A stretch of 64,000 bases of DNA, taken from Clostridia bacterium. Lineage in GTDB: Bacteria; Bacillota; Clostridia; Oscillospirales; CAG-272. The notes beneath the pieces were generated by a model. It ran no database searches. It was not told the origin of the DNA and saw only the letters and a program-made list of their open reading frames with translations. This document shows, piece after piece, positions 17,089 to 27,617 of this stretch (position 1 is the stretch's first letter; each line of letters starts with the position of its first letter). The translations under genes were made by a program, and so were the position numbers. The DNA lies in contig JAFXJX010000092.1 in assembly GCA_017532025.1 (NCBI GenBank), positions 22,642 through 86,641 of the forward strand, read 5' to 3'.

Positions 17089-17550
17089 TTATGCTCTTTT
17101 TTTCAAAACATCACTTTCCATCACAATGGTCACAGGACCGTCGTTGATGATTTCATATTCCATGTGTGCGCCAAACACACCTCTGCCAACGCTCTTGCCG
17201 ATGGCTTCTTCAAACTTTTCAATAAAAAATTCATACAGACGGTTGGCTTCATCGGGAGCTGCCGCAAACAAATAATCGGGGCGGTTTCCTTTTTTGTAAT
17301 TGGCGAGCAGCGTAAACTGCGAAACCACCACAGCACCGCCGTCCACATCAATGACCGAGAGGTTCATTTTGTCATTTTCATCGCAAAAAATACGCATTTT
17401 TGCAATCTTTTGCGCCAAAAGAATCGCATCCTCCTCCGTATCCCCTTGGGCAACACCCAAAAGAATGGCAAGTCCTTTTTCACAAGCACCGGTTATTTTG
17501 CCGTCTACCGTCACCGATGCGCGCTTCACGCGCTGAACAACAGCTTTCAT
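17089..17550 (-). CDS. dtd: D-aminoacyl-tRNA deacylase
   Basis: MKAVVQRVKRASVTVDG...GLAILLGV...SQFTL...GNRP...FGAHM matches the full-length Dtd pattern. Confidence 0.9.
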   Translation of the reverse strand: MKAVVQRVKRASVTVDGKITGACEKGLAILLGVAQGDTEEDAILLAQKIAKMRIFCDENDKMNLSVIDVDGGAVVVSQFTLLANYKKGNRPDYLFAAAPDEANRLYEFFIEKFEEAIGKSVGRGVFGAHMEYEIINDGPVTIVMESDVLKKRA

Positions 17551-17578
17551 CTTTATGTTAACCTTTCTTTTTCAAACA

Positions 17579-19798
17579 TCAGGTGTAGCCGCGCTTCACG
17601 TCAATCACGTGGTTGACCGATTTTAAGCGTGACATGATCGAGCGGAAATGATCAATATCGCGGCAGCCTACCACCATATTCACAATAATGCCCTGCGACT
17701 TCATTTGGGTGTTGATCTGGTGGAGCGATACGCGCATTTCGGCAAGCGCCGCCGTCAAGTCGGCAAGAAGCATCAGATCGTTTTCGGCAAATACCTGCAT
17801 AATGGCTTCAAACATATTGCCGTCACCCGAGGACTTGCTTGCTTCCTTTTCCCAATGCGCGCTGATAAATCTGCCCGCATTGGCAGGATTGCTTTCACCG
17901 AGAATGACGTTGGGGCAGTCGGATTTATGGATCGAAATGCCATAACCTTTGGTAATAAAGCCAACAATCGAATCGCCCGGCAAGGGGTTGCAACAACGCG
18001 CAAACTTCACTTCACAGCCGTCCACACCGTCCACCACAACGCCGCCCTTGTTCTTTTTACCGGGCTTCACGGCAATCTTTTCCACTTCAAGAGCCGTAGG
18101 CTCTTCAGGCGGCAGTGCCACCACGCGGTCAAACTCATCTTTCAGCTTCACCGCAATCTTAGCCACGGCAAGACCGCCGTAGCCGATGGTGTTAAACAAA
18201 TCTTCCACCGATGCCATGCCAATGCGATGACCCAAATTGGCAAGAATCTCATCGCGCTGTGCCGGCGTATAAGGGCGACCGTATTTGCGGAATTCGCGTT
18301 CAATCTCCGCTTTACCCACCATGATATTTTCGGTTTTTCTTTCTTTTTTGAACCACTGGCGAATCTTGCTTCTCGCTTCACCCGTTTTGACCACCTTCAA
18401 CCAGTCTCGCGACGGACCTTTGGAGGAGGAAGACGTGATGATCTGCACAATATCGCCGTTATTCGGAATGCGGTCAATCGGCGCAATGATACCGTTGATC
18501 TTCGCACCCACCATTTTGTTGCCAACCGCCGAGTGAATGGAATACGCAAAGTCAATCAAGGTTGCCCCCTGCGGCAGGGTGATCACATCGCCCTTGGGGG
18601 TAAAGACAAATATTTCATCCTGAACGATATCTACCTTCAAGGCGCGCATGAATTCGTCAGAATCACGCGTACCTTCTTCGCTTTCGATCAGCTTGGAAAT
18701 CCATCTTAACTTCTCATCAAAGCTTTCGTCGCTCTCCTTGATACCCGACTTGTACTTCCAATGCGCGGCAACGCCGTATTCGGCAATCTGATGCATCTTT
18801 TTGGTACGAATCTGCACCTCAAACGGAATGCCGTCGCGTCCAATGACCGTGGTATGCAGCGATTGGTACATATTGGGCTTTGGCGTGGAAATATAGTCCT
18901 TGAATCGACCCGGCATCGACTTGAACGCATCGTGAATAATACCCATAACGGTATAGCATTCGAGTTCAGTTGCGGTAATGATACGAAAGGCGTAAAAGTC
19001 ATAAATCTCATCAAACGACTTGTTTTGCGAGAACATCTTGCGATAGATGCTGTAAACGCTTTTCACGCGTCCGTCAATGTTGAAAGTAAGACCGTTTTCG
19101 CCAAGCTTTTCATACAGAATATCCTTGGTGCGCGCAATAAAATCAATATTGGCGCCGTATTTGTCTTCAATATCGGTTCTGACCTCATCGTAACCGATCG
19201 GGTCAAGATACTGAAGCGAAATATTCTCAAGCTCCTGCTTGATTCTCTGCATACCGAGACGGTGTGCAAGAGGGGCATAGACCTGCATCGTTTCAAGCGC
19301 GGTGATCCTGCGCTTTTTCTCAGGCTTTGCCATCAGTGTACGCATATTGTGCAGACGGTCGCAAAGCTTAATGAAGATCACACGGACGTCCTTTGCCATG
19401 GCAAGAAACATCTTGCGCAAATTCTCCATGTGTTCTTCTTCTTTGTCATCAAAAGGAATCTGCACAAGCTTGGTCAACCCGTCAACCAAAAGCTCAACCG
19501 TCGGACCGAATTCTTTGCGAATGATCTCAATCGAAATCTCATTACCGCAATCCTCGACCGTATCGTGCAAAAGCGCCGCACAAACCGAATCGGTGTCAAG
19601 ACCTAAAGACGCCACAATTTCTGCCACCGCAACAGGATGCATGATATAGGGCTCTCCGCTCGCACGGAATTGCCCATCATGCAAACGGTAAGCATATTTG
19701 TAGGCGCGTTTGATTTTATTCATGTCGTAAGGGCGGTTGTTGTCATCCGAAATCATGACAAGCTTAGCAATCGCTGCGTACATGGCTTTTCCTTTCAT
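17579..19798 (-). CDS. relA: Bifunctional (p)ppGpp synthetase/hydrolase (RelA/SpoT homolog)
   Basis: The 739-aa protein has an HD domain (HDGQFRASGEPYIMHP...LHDTVED). It also has a synthetase domain, a TGS domain (IFVFTPKGDVITLPQGATLIDFAYSIH) and a C-terminal ACT domain. Confidence 0.95.
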   Translation of the reverse strand: MKGKAMYAAIAKLVMISDDNNRPYDMNKIKRAYKYAYRLHDGQFRASGEPYIMHPVAVAEIVASLGLDTDSVCAALLHDTVEDCGNEISIEIIRKEFGPTVELLVDGLTKLVQIPFDDKEEEHMENLRKMFLAMAKDVRVIFIKLCDRLHNMRTLMAKPEKKRRITALETMQVYAPLAHRLGMQRIKQELENISLQYLDPIGYDEVRTDIEDKYGANIDFIARTKDILYEKLGENGLTFNIDGRVKSVYSIYRKMFSQNKSFDEIYDFYAFRIITATELECYTVMGIIHDAFKSMPGRFKDYISTPKPNMYQSLHTTVIGRDGIPFEVQIRTKKMHQIAEYGVAAHWKYKSGIKESDESFDEKLRWISKLIESEEGTRDSDEFMRALKVDIVQDEIFVFTPKGDVITLPQGATLIDFAYSIHSAVGNKMVGAKINGIIAPIDRIPNNGDIVQIITSSSSKGPSRDWLKVVKTGEARSKIRQWFKKERKTENIMVGKAEIEREFRKYGRPYTPAQRDEILANLGHRIGMASVEDLFNTIGYGGLAVAKIAVKLKDEFDRVVALPPEEPTALEVEKIAVKPGKKNKGGVVVDGVDGCEVKFARCCNPLPGDSIVGFITKGYGISIHKSDCPNVILGESNPANAGRFISAHWEKEASKSSGDGNMFEAIMQVFAENDLMLLADLTAALAEMRVSLHQINTQMKSQGIIVNMVVGCRDIDHFRSIMSRLKSVNHVIDVKRGYT

Positions 19799-19823
19799 TG
19801 TTTCGGATTTTTCTTCCGAATTT

Positions 19824-21947
19824 CTATTTTTGAATCTGATTTTTCAATTTGAGGTAGGTGGGCGCACGCTCGGTATCCACCTTGTTTTTCACATAATTCA
19901 CGCTATATCTCAGGTTTTCGCCGTTCTCACCGAGCTGCTCAATGGCAACAATGCCGCACTCGTTCAGAATCTTCAGAATCACACGAAGCTTCGCATAGTG
20001 GATGCGCGAATTGCCCGCAAACTGCGAAAGCAGCTCTCTCACACCGGTAATATCGTCTCTGGTGTTACCGTAGTGACGCTTGAACCAAAGATATACGGGA
20101 GCAATATCGTCACGCGTGGGCAAAACATCCTCACTCTTGTCAAAAGACGCGCCCTGCATGATCTCCTCGTAGCGGCGTCTGTCTGCCTTATCGATATCAA
20201 ATTCACCCTCAGAAAGACGAATGGCTTTGAGGATCAGCTGTACCGAAACCGTACCGCGGAATTCATTGATACCAAGATTGAAAAGCAAATCGATCTTATC
20301 GCCCGCATAGTATTCAAGCTCGGCTCTTGACTTGCCAAAGCGAAGCGCCGTTACCGACACGCCGTCTTTTTCCACAAGCAATTTGGCGTGCTTTTCACCA
20401 AGCTGCATGATCGAGCGTAAAGTCGCACCGCGCATCATAAAGAGCGGTGTGGGATTGGCAATGCCGTAGGGTTCAAGCAAAGAAAGCGATTCTGCCGCCT
20501 CCAGTGAAATGGCATCACCGGAGAGCTCACAGTCCACATCAATGCCTGCGAGTTGCTCGGCATCCTGCAGATGATCTTTCACATATTCGTTGATCCTTTG
20601 GCGAAAAGCGGGAAGCGATTCCCTTGTGACCGAAAGCCCTGCCGCAAGTTCGTGACCGCCGAATTTCACAAGATGCTCTTCGGAATCGGTCAAAGCATCC
20701 ACAAGATTGATGCCCTTGATCGAGCGTCCGCTTCCCTTGCCCATGTCGCCGTCAAACGAAATGAGAATCGAGGGGAGCCCGAATCGCTCGGTAATGCGGC
20801 TTGCCACAATCCCAATCACGCCGTGATGCCAATGATCGTCGGCAAGCACAATGATCTTATCCTGTTCAAGATCGCATTCCTTCTTAATCTTTTCTTCCGC
20901 TTCTTCAATGATGCGGTTTTCTTCCGCTTGCCGTTCGCGATTGATCTCGCAAAGCTCGGCTGCAATGCGCTGCGTTTCACTCGGCGAATCGGAAAGAAAG
21001 AGACCCACCGCGCGCTCGGCACTGTCAATTCTGCCCGCCGCGTTGATGCGGGGCGCAATCACAAAGCTGATCACAGATGCGGTGATCGCCGCTTTTTTCT
21101 TTTCATTTCTGCCTGCCGCGTCGAGAAGGGCTGTTACCCCTGCTCTCGGACGGGAGTTGAGAATTTCAAGACCCAATTTCACGATCAGTCGGTTTTCATC
21201 CACAAGCGGCATAACGTCGGCAACCGTACCCATTGCCACAAGGTCGATAAAATCAGAGGAAAGCTCGTACAGCTTTTCTTTCAGACATCCGCTATTCTGC
21301 CAACGTTTTTTCTCACAAGCCGAAACCAGCTTGAACACAACACCAACACCGGCAAGCTCCTTGAAGGGATATTCGCTGTCGGCACGGCGAGGATTTACCA
21401 CCGCCACAGCCCCGGGAAGACGGGATTGGCATTCGTGGTGGTCGGTCACAATGGTGTCAATGCCAAGTGAGCGGGCATACTCCACTTCCTCAACTGCTGT
21501 CACGCCGGTATCTACCGTAATCATTAACGTCACGCCGTCTGACGCAAACTTGTCAATAGCAAGGTTGTTAATACCATACCCCTCGCCACTTCGGTCAGGT
21601 ATGTAATAAGAAACCGAAAGCCCTCTTTTCTTCAAATAAAGAGACAAAACGCTGACTGAAGTCACGCCGTCCACGTCGTAGTCACCGTAAATGACCACCT
21701 TCTCTTGTTCGGTAATGGCGCGCTCAAGACGCAAAACTGCCTTTTCCATATCGGGAATGAGAAAAGGATCGTGCAATTTCGCTTCGGAAAGCTGAATAAA
21801 CGCATTTGCCTTTTCGGGGGTATCACAGCCGCGCAAGAGCAAAAGAAGGGCTGTCACGGGCGGAATCTTTACCGCCTCGGCAAGAGAGAGCACCTCGGGA
21901 GAGCTTACTGTATATTCACTTTTCAGGTTCCACTTGTTTTTGTTCAT
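19824..21947 (-). CDS. recJ: Single-stranded-DNA-specific exonuclease RecJ
   Basis: The 707-aa protein has DHH motifs (IYGDYDVDGVTS, TVDTG, IVTDHH) and DHHA1 (GGHELAAG). It ends with a TAG stop at 19824-19826. Confidence 0.95.
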   Translation of the reverse strand: MNKNKWNLKSEYTVSSPEVLSLAEAVKIPPVTALLLLLRGCDTPEKANAFIQLSEAKLHDPFLIPDMEKAVLRLERAITEQEKVVIYGDYDVDGVTSVSVLSLYLKKRGLSVSYYIPDRSGEGYGINNLAIDKFASDGVTLMITVDTGVTAVEEVEYARSLGIDTIVTDHHECQSRLPGAVAVVNPRRADSEYPFKELAGVGVVFKLVSACEKKRWQNSGCLKEKLYELSSDFIDLVAMGTVADVMPLVDENRLIVKLGLEILNSRPRAGVTALLDAAGRNEKKKAAITASVISFVIAPRINAAGRIDSAERAVGLFLSDSPSETQRIAAELCEINRERQAEENRIIEEAEEKIKKECDLEQDKIIVLADDHWHHGVIGIVASRITERFGLPSILISFDGDMGKGSGRSIKGINLVDALTDSEEHLVKFGGHELAAGLSVTRESLPAFRQRINEYVKDHLQDAEQLAGIDVDCELSGDAISLEAAESLSLLEPYGIANPTPLFMMRGATLRSIMQLGEKHAKLLVEKDGVSVTALRFGKSRAELEYYAGDKIDLLFNLGINEFRGTVSVQLILKAIRLSEGEFDIDKADRRRYEEIMQGASFDKSEDVLPTRDDIAPVYLWFKRHYGNTRDDITGVRELLSQFAGNSRIHYAKLRVILKILNECGIVAIEQLGENGENLRYSVNYVKNKVDTERAPTYLKLKNQIQK

Positions 21948-22007
21948 AGTAAAGTATTCAACCTTTCGGGTTTGATTGGGTTTGATCGCAAGTCACAGGA
22001 TACCGCA

Positions 22008-22409
22008 TCACGAATGAATATCCACCATCTCCACAGTCAGGGTCTTTTTGCTTTTTCGCACGGCAATCGCAATCACGGCGTACGCAAGGGCAGGCGTGAT
22101 CAGCGCCGCAAGCGTGCGGTAAAGCGTATGCTCTGTCAAAAGTGCAGCAATACCGTATGCAACAAAGGAAAGAATCAGCGGAAGCAAAAAGACAAGCGCC
22201 GCCACGCCGATCACGGTTGCACCCGGCGTTTCAATCGTAACCGAATCGCCAACCGTAGCGTTCAAAGTGTTCTTCACTGTCACTTCAAGCATCTGTGCAC
22301 ATCCGCCACAGCCCGATTCCTTGTGACAGCCGTCACACATCGTCTGCCGCTTGACAAGCAGTATGGCGGAATCTCCCACCACTTCTTTTACAATTGCCGT
22401 TTGTTTCAT
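22008..22409 (-). CDS. RseC/MucC-family (SoxR-reducing system) small membrane protein
   Basis: It has an N-terminal Cys cluster (CDGCHKESGCGGCAQ) followed by two TM helices. This is the RseC family architecture. Confidence 0.65.
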   Translation of the reverse strand: MKQTAIVKEVVGDSAILLVKRQTMCDGCHKESGCGGCAQMLEVTVKNTLNATVGDSVTIETPGATVIGVAALVFLLPLILSFVAYGIAALLTEHTLYRTLAALITPALAYAVIAIAVRKSKKTLTVEMVDIHS

Positions 22410-22413
22410 ACAT

Positions 22414-24039
22414 TTATCCTTTGGTTGATTCGTAAGTCGGACGGTACGCCGCCATCAAATGCGCGGCAATCTTCAAGCCGTCAAGTGCGGCAGAGGTAAT
22501 ACCGCCGGCATAGCCTGCACCCTCGCCGCAGGGATAAAGACGCTTCATCGAAACCGACTCGCCGTTATCCCCTCGCAAAATGCGAAGCGGAGCGGAGGTT
22601 CTGGTTTCCACCGCGGTGAGCAAAGCATCAGGAGCATCAAAGCCCGCAATCTTTTTGCCAAATTGCCAAATTCCCTTTTTCAACATGGATGAAACAAAGG
22701 ACGGCAATACCGCGTTTAAGTCAGCAGGCACAACAAAGCCCGATTCCATATAGGTCGGCATCACGCGCGTCGGCGCACTTCCCACTCGGTCTGAGAGGAA
22801 ATCTCCAACCGTGGCAATCGGTGCGGCATAAGCAGCGCCGCCTTTGGCAAGTGCTTCGCGATAAGCCGCTTTTTCAAGCGACCGTTGAAAGGCAATCGCC
22901 TGCATGGGGTTGTTTCCGTAATCCTCGGGCAAAACCGAAACCGCAAGGGCGGCATTGGAATTTTTGCCGTTTCTCGCATGAATACTCATGCCGTTCGTTA
23001 CCACCGCTTCTTCTTCGGAGATGGCGGCAACCACCGTACCGCCGGGACACATACAGAAGGAATATACCCCTCTTTCTCCTTCGCGGTAGGAAAGCGTGTA
23101 TTCGGCATGGGGGAGTTTTTTGGCAAATCTGCCGTACATCGCCCTGTCAATATCCTCGGCAAGATGCTCAATCCTCACACCCACCGAAAACGCCTTGGGC
23201 TGTAATGCATGGTTGGTTTTGTTCAGATAAGAATAGGTATCTCGTGCAGAATGTCCAATGGCAAGAATCACAGCGCCTGCCATGATCTCGCCGTGTTGCG
23301 TTTTCACCAAAACACCGTCGGAGCGTTCGGTAAAAGCCTCTGCACGGGTGTGATATAAAATTATGCCGCCAAGAGATTCGATTCTTTTGGCAACCGATGC
23401 GACCACTTGTTTCAAAAGGTCTGTGCCGATATGCGGCTTGGCGTTCACAAGAATCTCTTCGGGTGCGCCGAATTCACACAGCTTTTCAAGCACATACGCG
23501 CAAAGCGAATCGTTTTTTCGCGTCACAAGCTTGCCGTCAGAAAACGTACCCGCACCGCCCGCGCCAAACTGAATGTTCGAATCGAGCGATAAAACCCTCT
23601 CGCGGTAAAAGCGCGCCACGTCCTGCTCTCTTTCGGCAATGCTACCGCCGCGCTCAAGCACCACGGGGCAATACCCGTGCTCAGCAAGCGCAAGTGCCGA
23701 AAACATACCGGCAGGGCCAAAGCCCACCACCACAGGCGGATGATACAGCGGCGTTTCTCCAATGACAGGCTCATAGCGGCTTTTTTCCATCGTCACCGCC
23801 GAAAGTGCTGCCAGCTTTGCATCACTCGGCGTTCCCTCAAGCTCTGCCATCACCGAGCAAATGTACACAATGTCACTTCGCTTTCTGGCATCCACCGACT
23901 TTTTCGCCAGTGTAAGCTTATGGGGTAAAAATCCTGCCTGCTTGAGTTTTTTTCGTGCTAAGGAAAGTGCCGCATCTTCATGCGAGTCGATCGGTACTTT
24001 TATATTTTGCAGAAGAATTCTTGTCACAGGCTCTCTCAT
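22414..24039 (-). CDS. NAD(P)/FAD-dependent oxidoreductase (COG2509-type FAD-dependent dehydrogenase)
   Basis: The dinucleotide-binding motif VVVGFGPAGMFSALALAEHG is present in a 541-aa protein. Its start overlaps the cdaR-like stop by 4 nt. Confidence 0.7.
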   Translation of the reverse strand: MREPVTRILLQNIKVPIDSHEDAALSLARKKLKQAGFLPHKLTLAKKSVDARKRSDIVYICSVMAELEGTPSDAKLAALSAVTMEKSRYEPVIGETPLYHPPVVVGFGPAGMFSALALAEHGYCPVVLERGGSIAEREQDVARFYRERVLSLDSNIQFGAGGAGTFSDGKLVTRKNDSLCAYVLEKLCEFGAPEEILVNAKPHIGTDLLKQVVASVAKRIESLGGIILYHTRAEAFTERSDGVLVKTQHGEIMAGAVILAIGHSARDTYSYLNKTNHALQPKAFSVGVRIEHLAEDIDRAMYGRFAKKLPHAEYTLSYREGERGVYSFCMCPGGTVVAAISEEEAVVTNGMSIHARNGKNSNAALAVSVLPEDYGNNPMQAIAFQRSLEKAAYREALAKGGAAYAAPIATVGDFLSDRVGSAPTRVMPTYMESGFVVPADLNAVLPSFVSSMLKKGIWQFGKKIAGFDAPDALLTAVETRTSAPLRILRGDNGESVSMKRLYPCGEGAGYAGGITSAALDGLKIAAHLMAAYRPTYESTKG

Positions 24040-24836
24040 TTTGTAACCTTTTGTACCATAACGGTGTAAGGCGTTCCGTCACTGTTCAGGACCTCATACA
24101 CGTTACCCTTGAAGTTACCCTCAAAGCTGATTGAAATCGGAACCTCCACCTTGAGAGCATTGGCGCTTTCTTCCACGTTGGCAAACACCGTAATCACCGC
24201 ATTTTGCACCTCGGTATTGTTCGGATCAAGATAAGCGTTCAGTTGATTGAACAGCGTGTGGTCATCCTCGGGAGCAAGACTGCGAATGGTCAAAGTGACA
24301 AAATCGCTCGCCAACTCGTAATTGCTGTTGCTGACCTTTACGTAGCTTTTGGGTACGGTAATTTCGTGCGTATGACCAACCTTAATTGTTGCCTTTACCT
24401 TAACCTTGCCACTCGCAAACGAGCTGCCGTTGGCCTTCAAAACCTCGCTGATTCCATCAGGAAGTGTATCTTCCTTGAGAGAAAGCTCAATTTCCGCCAA
24501 GCCGTCACCGTCATCGTCGTTCAGCGTTTTAGCGGAAAAATCCTCGAGCTGAAGCAGCTGCAACGGATCAACAAGAGCCGATGCACCTCTTACAATGAGG
24601 GATTGATATTCAAGTGTCACGCGGTCGGAAAAATCAAGTCCGTTTTTTTCTTTTACGCTAAGCGGCAAGGGTTTTTCCACCACGTTGGTAGCAACCACGT
24701 AAAGCCAAATGGTAATGGCAAGAATCAAGGTTAACACCTTGGCAACATTGTCAAGAGTACGGCTTTTCTTTACGGTAAGATCGCCCGCCACATCGCGGTC
24801 ATTTGTTTCAAACTGTTCGTCATTCATGTATTTCAT
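24036..24836 (-). CDS. cdaR: YbbR-domain protein, probable diadenylate cyclase regulator CdaR
   Basis: It has an N-terminal TM segment (VLTLILAITIWLYVVATNV) and then beta-rich repeats. It lies immediately downstream of cdaA with a 4-nt overlap, which is the canonical cdaA-cdaR arrangement. Confidence 0.6.
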   Translation of the reverse strand: MKYMNDEQFETNDRDVAGDLTVKKSRTLDNVAKVLTLILAITIWLYVVATNVVEKPLPLSVKEKNGLDFSDRVTLEYQSLIVRGASALVDPLQLLQLEDFSAKTLNDDDGDGLAEIELSLKEDTLPDGISEVLKANGSSFASGKVKVKATIKVGHTHEITVPKSYVKVSNSNYELASDFVTLTIRSLAPEDDHTLFNQLNAYLDPNNTEVQNAVITVFANVEESANALKVEVPISISFEGNFKGNVYEVLNSDGTPYTVMVQKVTK

Positions 24837-25717
24837 ACCGTTTCATCCTTTCCGCCGTCATTCTTCTCAGAAGCATCTTTTTTCTTTGCCATACGGAATC
24901 TTTGGCGAATGCCTCTGCCGTTTTCTTCGCCCTCCAGCATCAGCTGCGTGAGTTCCTTATGAAGCTTGGCATAGTCGTAATTTCGCTTCAGCTTGCCGTC
25001 GTGTGCAATCGAGATCACACCGTTTTCTTCGCTTACCACAATCACCGCGGCATCCGAGTTTTCACTCATGCCAATGGCGGCACGGTGTCTTGTACCAAGA
25101 TCCTTGATGATATCGGGATTGGTCGAAAGCGGCAAAAAACAGCCTGCCGCATGAACTCTGGCGTTACGAATAATCACCGCACCGTCGTGAAGCGGCGCTT
25201 TGTTGAAGAAAATGTTTTTGATCAAAAACGAGCTGACATCCGCATTGATCAAAGTTCCTGTTTTGGCGTAATCACCGAGCTTGGTTTCGCGCTCAATCAC
25301 GATCAAAGCACCGGTTTTATCAAGCGACATATCGCAGATCGCCTCGCAAAGGTTATCAATCACATCTCCGTAAAGGGCGCTGTCTTTGGCATCGGTCAGA
25401 CTCTTGATGCCGCGGAAGGGCTCACCGCCCACTTTTTCAAGAGCGGAACGAAGCTCGGGCTGAAAGACCACCACAAGCGCAATCAGTCCAACCTGCAATA
25501 CGTTTTGCAGAATAAAGCGCATGGCAACGAGTTCATAAAAATCGCTGATCACGCGTAAAGCGAGCAGAACGCCCACGCCGATTGCCAGTTTGCTGGCACG
25601 TCTTTCACGGATAAACTTGTAGGCAAGATACAAGAAAAACCATACAAGACAGATATCAATCACGTCAAACACGTCAATTTTGGTGAAAAAGTTAAGAATG
25701 TCCTTCAAAATACTCAT
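24833..25717 (-). CDS. cdaA: Diadenylate cyclase CdaA (DacA)
   Basis: Three N-terminal TM helices are followed by a DAC domain with LHDGAVII and GTRHRAA motifs. The ATG at 25717 has a GGAG 7 nt upstream. The 25735 start in the ORF track is a TTG codon without an RBS. Confidence 0.9.
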   Translation of the reverse strand: MSILKDILNFFTKIDVFDVIDICLVWFFLYLAYKFIRERRASKLAIGVGVLLALRVISDFYELVAMRFILQNVLQVGLIALVVVFQPELRSALEKVGGEPFRGIKSLTDAKDSALYGDVIDNLCEAICDMSLDKTGALIVIERETKLGDYAKTGTLINADVSSFLIKNIFFNKAPLHDGAVIIRNARVHAAGCFLPLSTNPDIIKDLGTRHRAAIGMSENSDAAVIVVSEENGVISIAHDGKLKRNYDYAKLHKELTQLMLEGEENGRGIRQRFRMAKKKDASEKNDGGKDETV

Positions 25718-26639
25718 TGTTTTTCTCCGTTTCAAAACAACTTTTGATCATACTGTTTTCGGGAATAAAAAGCGCTTCATTTTCTGCCAAACGATCCACA
25801 AAATCGGTGATCATCGAAATATCCAAAAGCATTTCGCGCTTCAGGGTACGTCTGTCAACCTGATGAGGCAAGATCGGATCCCATTCTCGCTTGATACCGT
25901 GAATGGCAACGTGAACGGTATCTTTCGAAAAAGCAATCATCAAATCCTTTGAAAGCGCATACTTAACCTCCATGATCTCATCGATCCAAGGCGGTGAAAG
26001 TATGTATCTTGCACACGCTTCATCTTCGGCATACACGCGGAAAAAGCGGTTGAAGTCTTTGTGTTCAAGCATCACAGGGGAAAGCGACCTTCTGTTTTTC
26101 GAAACAGACTGATTGTTTGAAAAATCCTTTTCTTTGATATGGAGTGTTGTTGTAAACTCTCGGTTTAAGTGAAAGGTCATCCAACAGCCGTCAAAGAAGG
26201 TGACACTGTGATGCCCTTTTCCGCTTTGCGTTTTCTGACCGATTGTAACGTCTGCCATTTCAAAACGGACACCGCCGCGCTCACCCGTTACAAGATTAGC
26301 CGACTCGAAGCTGTTGCCCATCATGATCAAGCCGCTCTCGGCAATCTCTTCTTCGGAAAAGCCGTCTTTTTCGCGGTAGCTGACAGAGCCGTAAGAATCT
26401 TCCAAAAGTTCTTTCATCAGATTGTCTTTGCAAAGTCTTTTGTAGCGTGAAACCGTCACCGCAATCAAAAGCACAAACGCCAGCACAAAAACAAGCGCCA
26501 CCGACGCCAGAATGCCAACCGTCTCCAAAGACGGCTTCAAAAACAGCGAGATCGAAAAAGCGATCAAAATCAAAAGCAGTGCCAAAACAAATAAGCGGAT
26601 TCTAAAACGATATCGTCGCAATCGGCGAAATAAATCCAT
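25692..26639 (-). CDS. Hypothetical two-TM membrane protein (DUF3137-like by recollection)
   Basis: Two N-terminal TM helices are followed by a ~240-aa soluble domain. The ATG at 26639 has an AAGGA RBS. The 3' end overlaps the cdaA start by 26 nt. The family assignment is from memory only. Confidence 0.5.
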   Translation of the reverse strand: MDLFRRLRRYRFRIRLFVLALLLILIAFSISLFLKPSLETVGILASVALVFVLAFVLLIAVTVSRYKRLCKDNLMKELLEDSYGSVSYREKDGFSEEEIAESGLIMMGNSFESANLVTGERGGVRFEMADVTIGQKTQSGKGHHSVTFFDGCWMTFHLNREFTTTLHIKEKDFSNNQSVSKNRRSLSPVMLEHKDFNRFFRVYAEDEACARYILSPPWIDEIMEVKYALSKDLMIAFSKDTVHVAIHGIKREWDPILPHQVDRRTLKREMLLDISMITDFVDRLAENEALFIPENSMIKSCFETEKNNEYFEGHS

Positions 26640-26802
26640 TTCCAACCATCCTTCTCGGCGGACAAAACCCCATTATCTACAGTAATGCTATTATAAATAA
26701 TATTATATAATAAATCCCTTCGTCTGTCAACAAAAAAGGGCAAAAAAAAGAAGGCTGGCCTTTGCTTTTTCTTGCTCTTTTTCTCGGTTTTTTACCAAAA
26801 AA

Positions 26803-27477
26803 TCAACTGTTCGCCGTTCTGTCTGAACCAATCATAGCACGGAGTTCATCCAGCGCATCCGAAAGACCGCCAACTCTGTCAATAATTCCCTCTTCAACAG
26901 CCTGCAAGCCGTCAAGCACACTGCCCATATCGGCGGCAAGCTCGTCTGGCACAAGCATGAGTTCCGAAAGACGCGCTTCGCTGATCTGCGAATGCGATGC
27001 CACAAAGCGAACGATCCTTTTTTGCACGCGACTCAGGTAATCATAGGTCTGCGGCGCGCCGATCATCGTGCCACTCATTCTGACAGGATGCACCGTCATG
27101 GAAGCGCTCGGCACAATAAACGAAACCCTTGCCGAAACCGCAAGCGGCACACCGATCGAATGCCCACCCCCAATCACAAGCGAGACCGTCGGCTTTTTCA
27201 TCGAAGCGATCATTTCGGCAATGGCAAGCCCCGCTTCCACATCGCCACCCGCTGTGTTCAGAATCACAAGAAGCCCCTTGGCATCCTCATCTTCTTCGAG
27301 TGAAACAAGCGACGGTATGATATGCTCGTATTTGGTGGTCTTTACCGTCTCGCCGAGGATCGAATGCCCCTCGACCTGACCGATGATGGTCATCGAGCGA
27401 ATGCCGCTTGTGCGGCTCTTTTCTCCCTCCTCGCTCACCTTCTGCCCGTCTTCCTCCGCCAAAACGATTTTTTTCAT
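26803..27477 (-). CDS. tepA: ClpP-family serine protease-like protein (TepA/translocation-enhancing protein type)
   Basis: The ClpP-like core reads ILNTAGGDVEAGLAIAEMI...VIGGGHSIGVPLAV...MTVHPV, with Ser and His positions retained. There is an N-terminal acidic extension. Confidence 0.7.
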   Translation of the reverse strand: MKKIVLAEEDGQKVSEEGEKSRTSGIRSMTIIGQVEGHSILGETVKTTKYEHIIPSLVSLEEDEDAKGLLVILNTAGGDVEAGLAIAEMIASMKKPTVSLVIGGGHSIGVPLAVSARVSFIVPSASMTVHPVRMSGTMIGAPQTYDYLSRVQKRIVRFVASHSQISEARLSELMLVPDELAADMGSVLDGLQAVEEGIIDRVGGLSDALDELRAMIGSDRTANS

Positions 27478-27617
27478 AAAAATTCTCCAATATTCTTTAC
27501 TTTGCCATTATTTTATGTTATACTTAGTTTGTATGGGGTCGCATACAAGGCTTACCTGTTCCTTGTTATTTTTGTCAGATCCCCCAAAATCATACGAATC
27601 GAAAGAGGTATCAAAAA

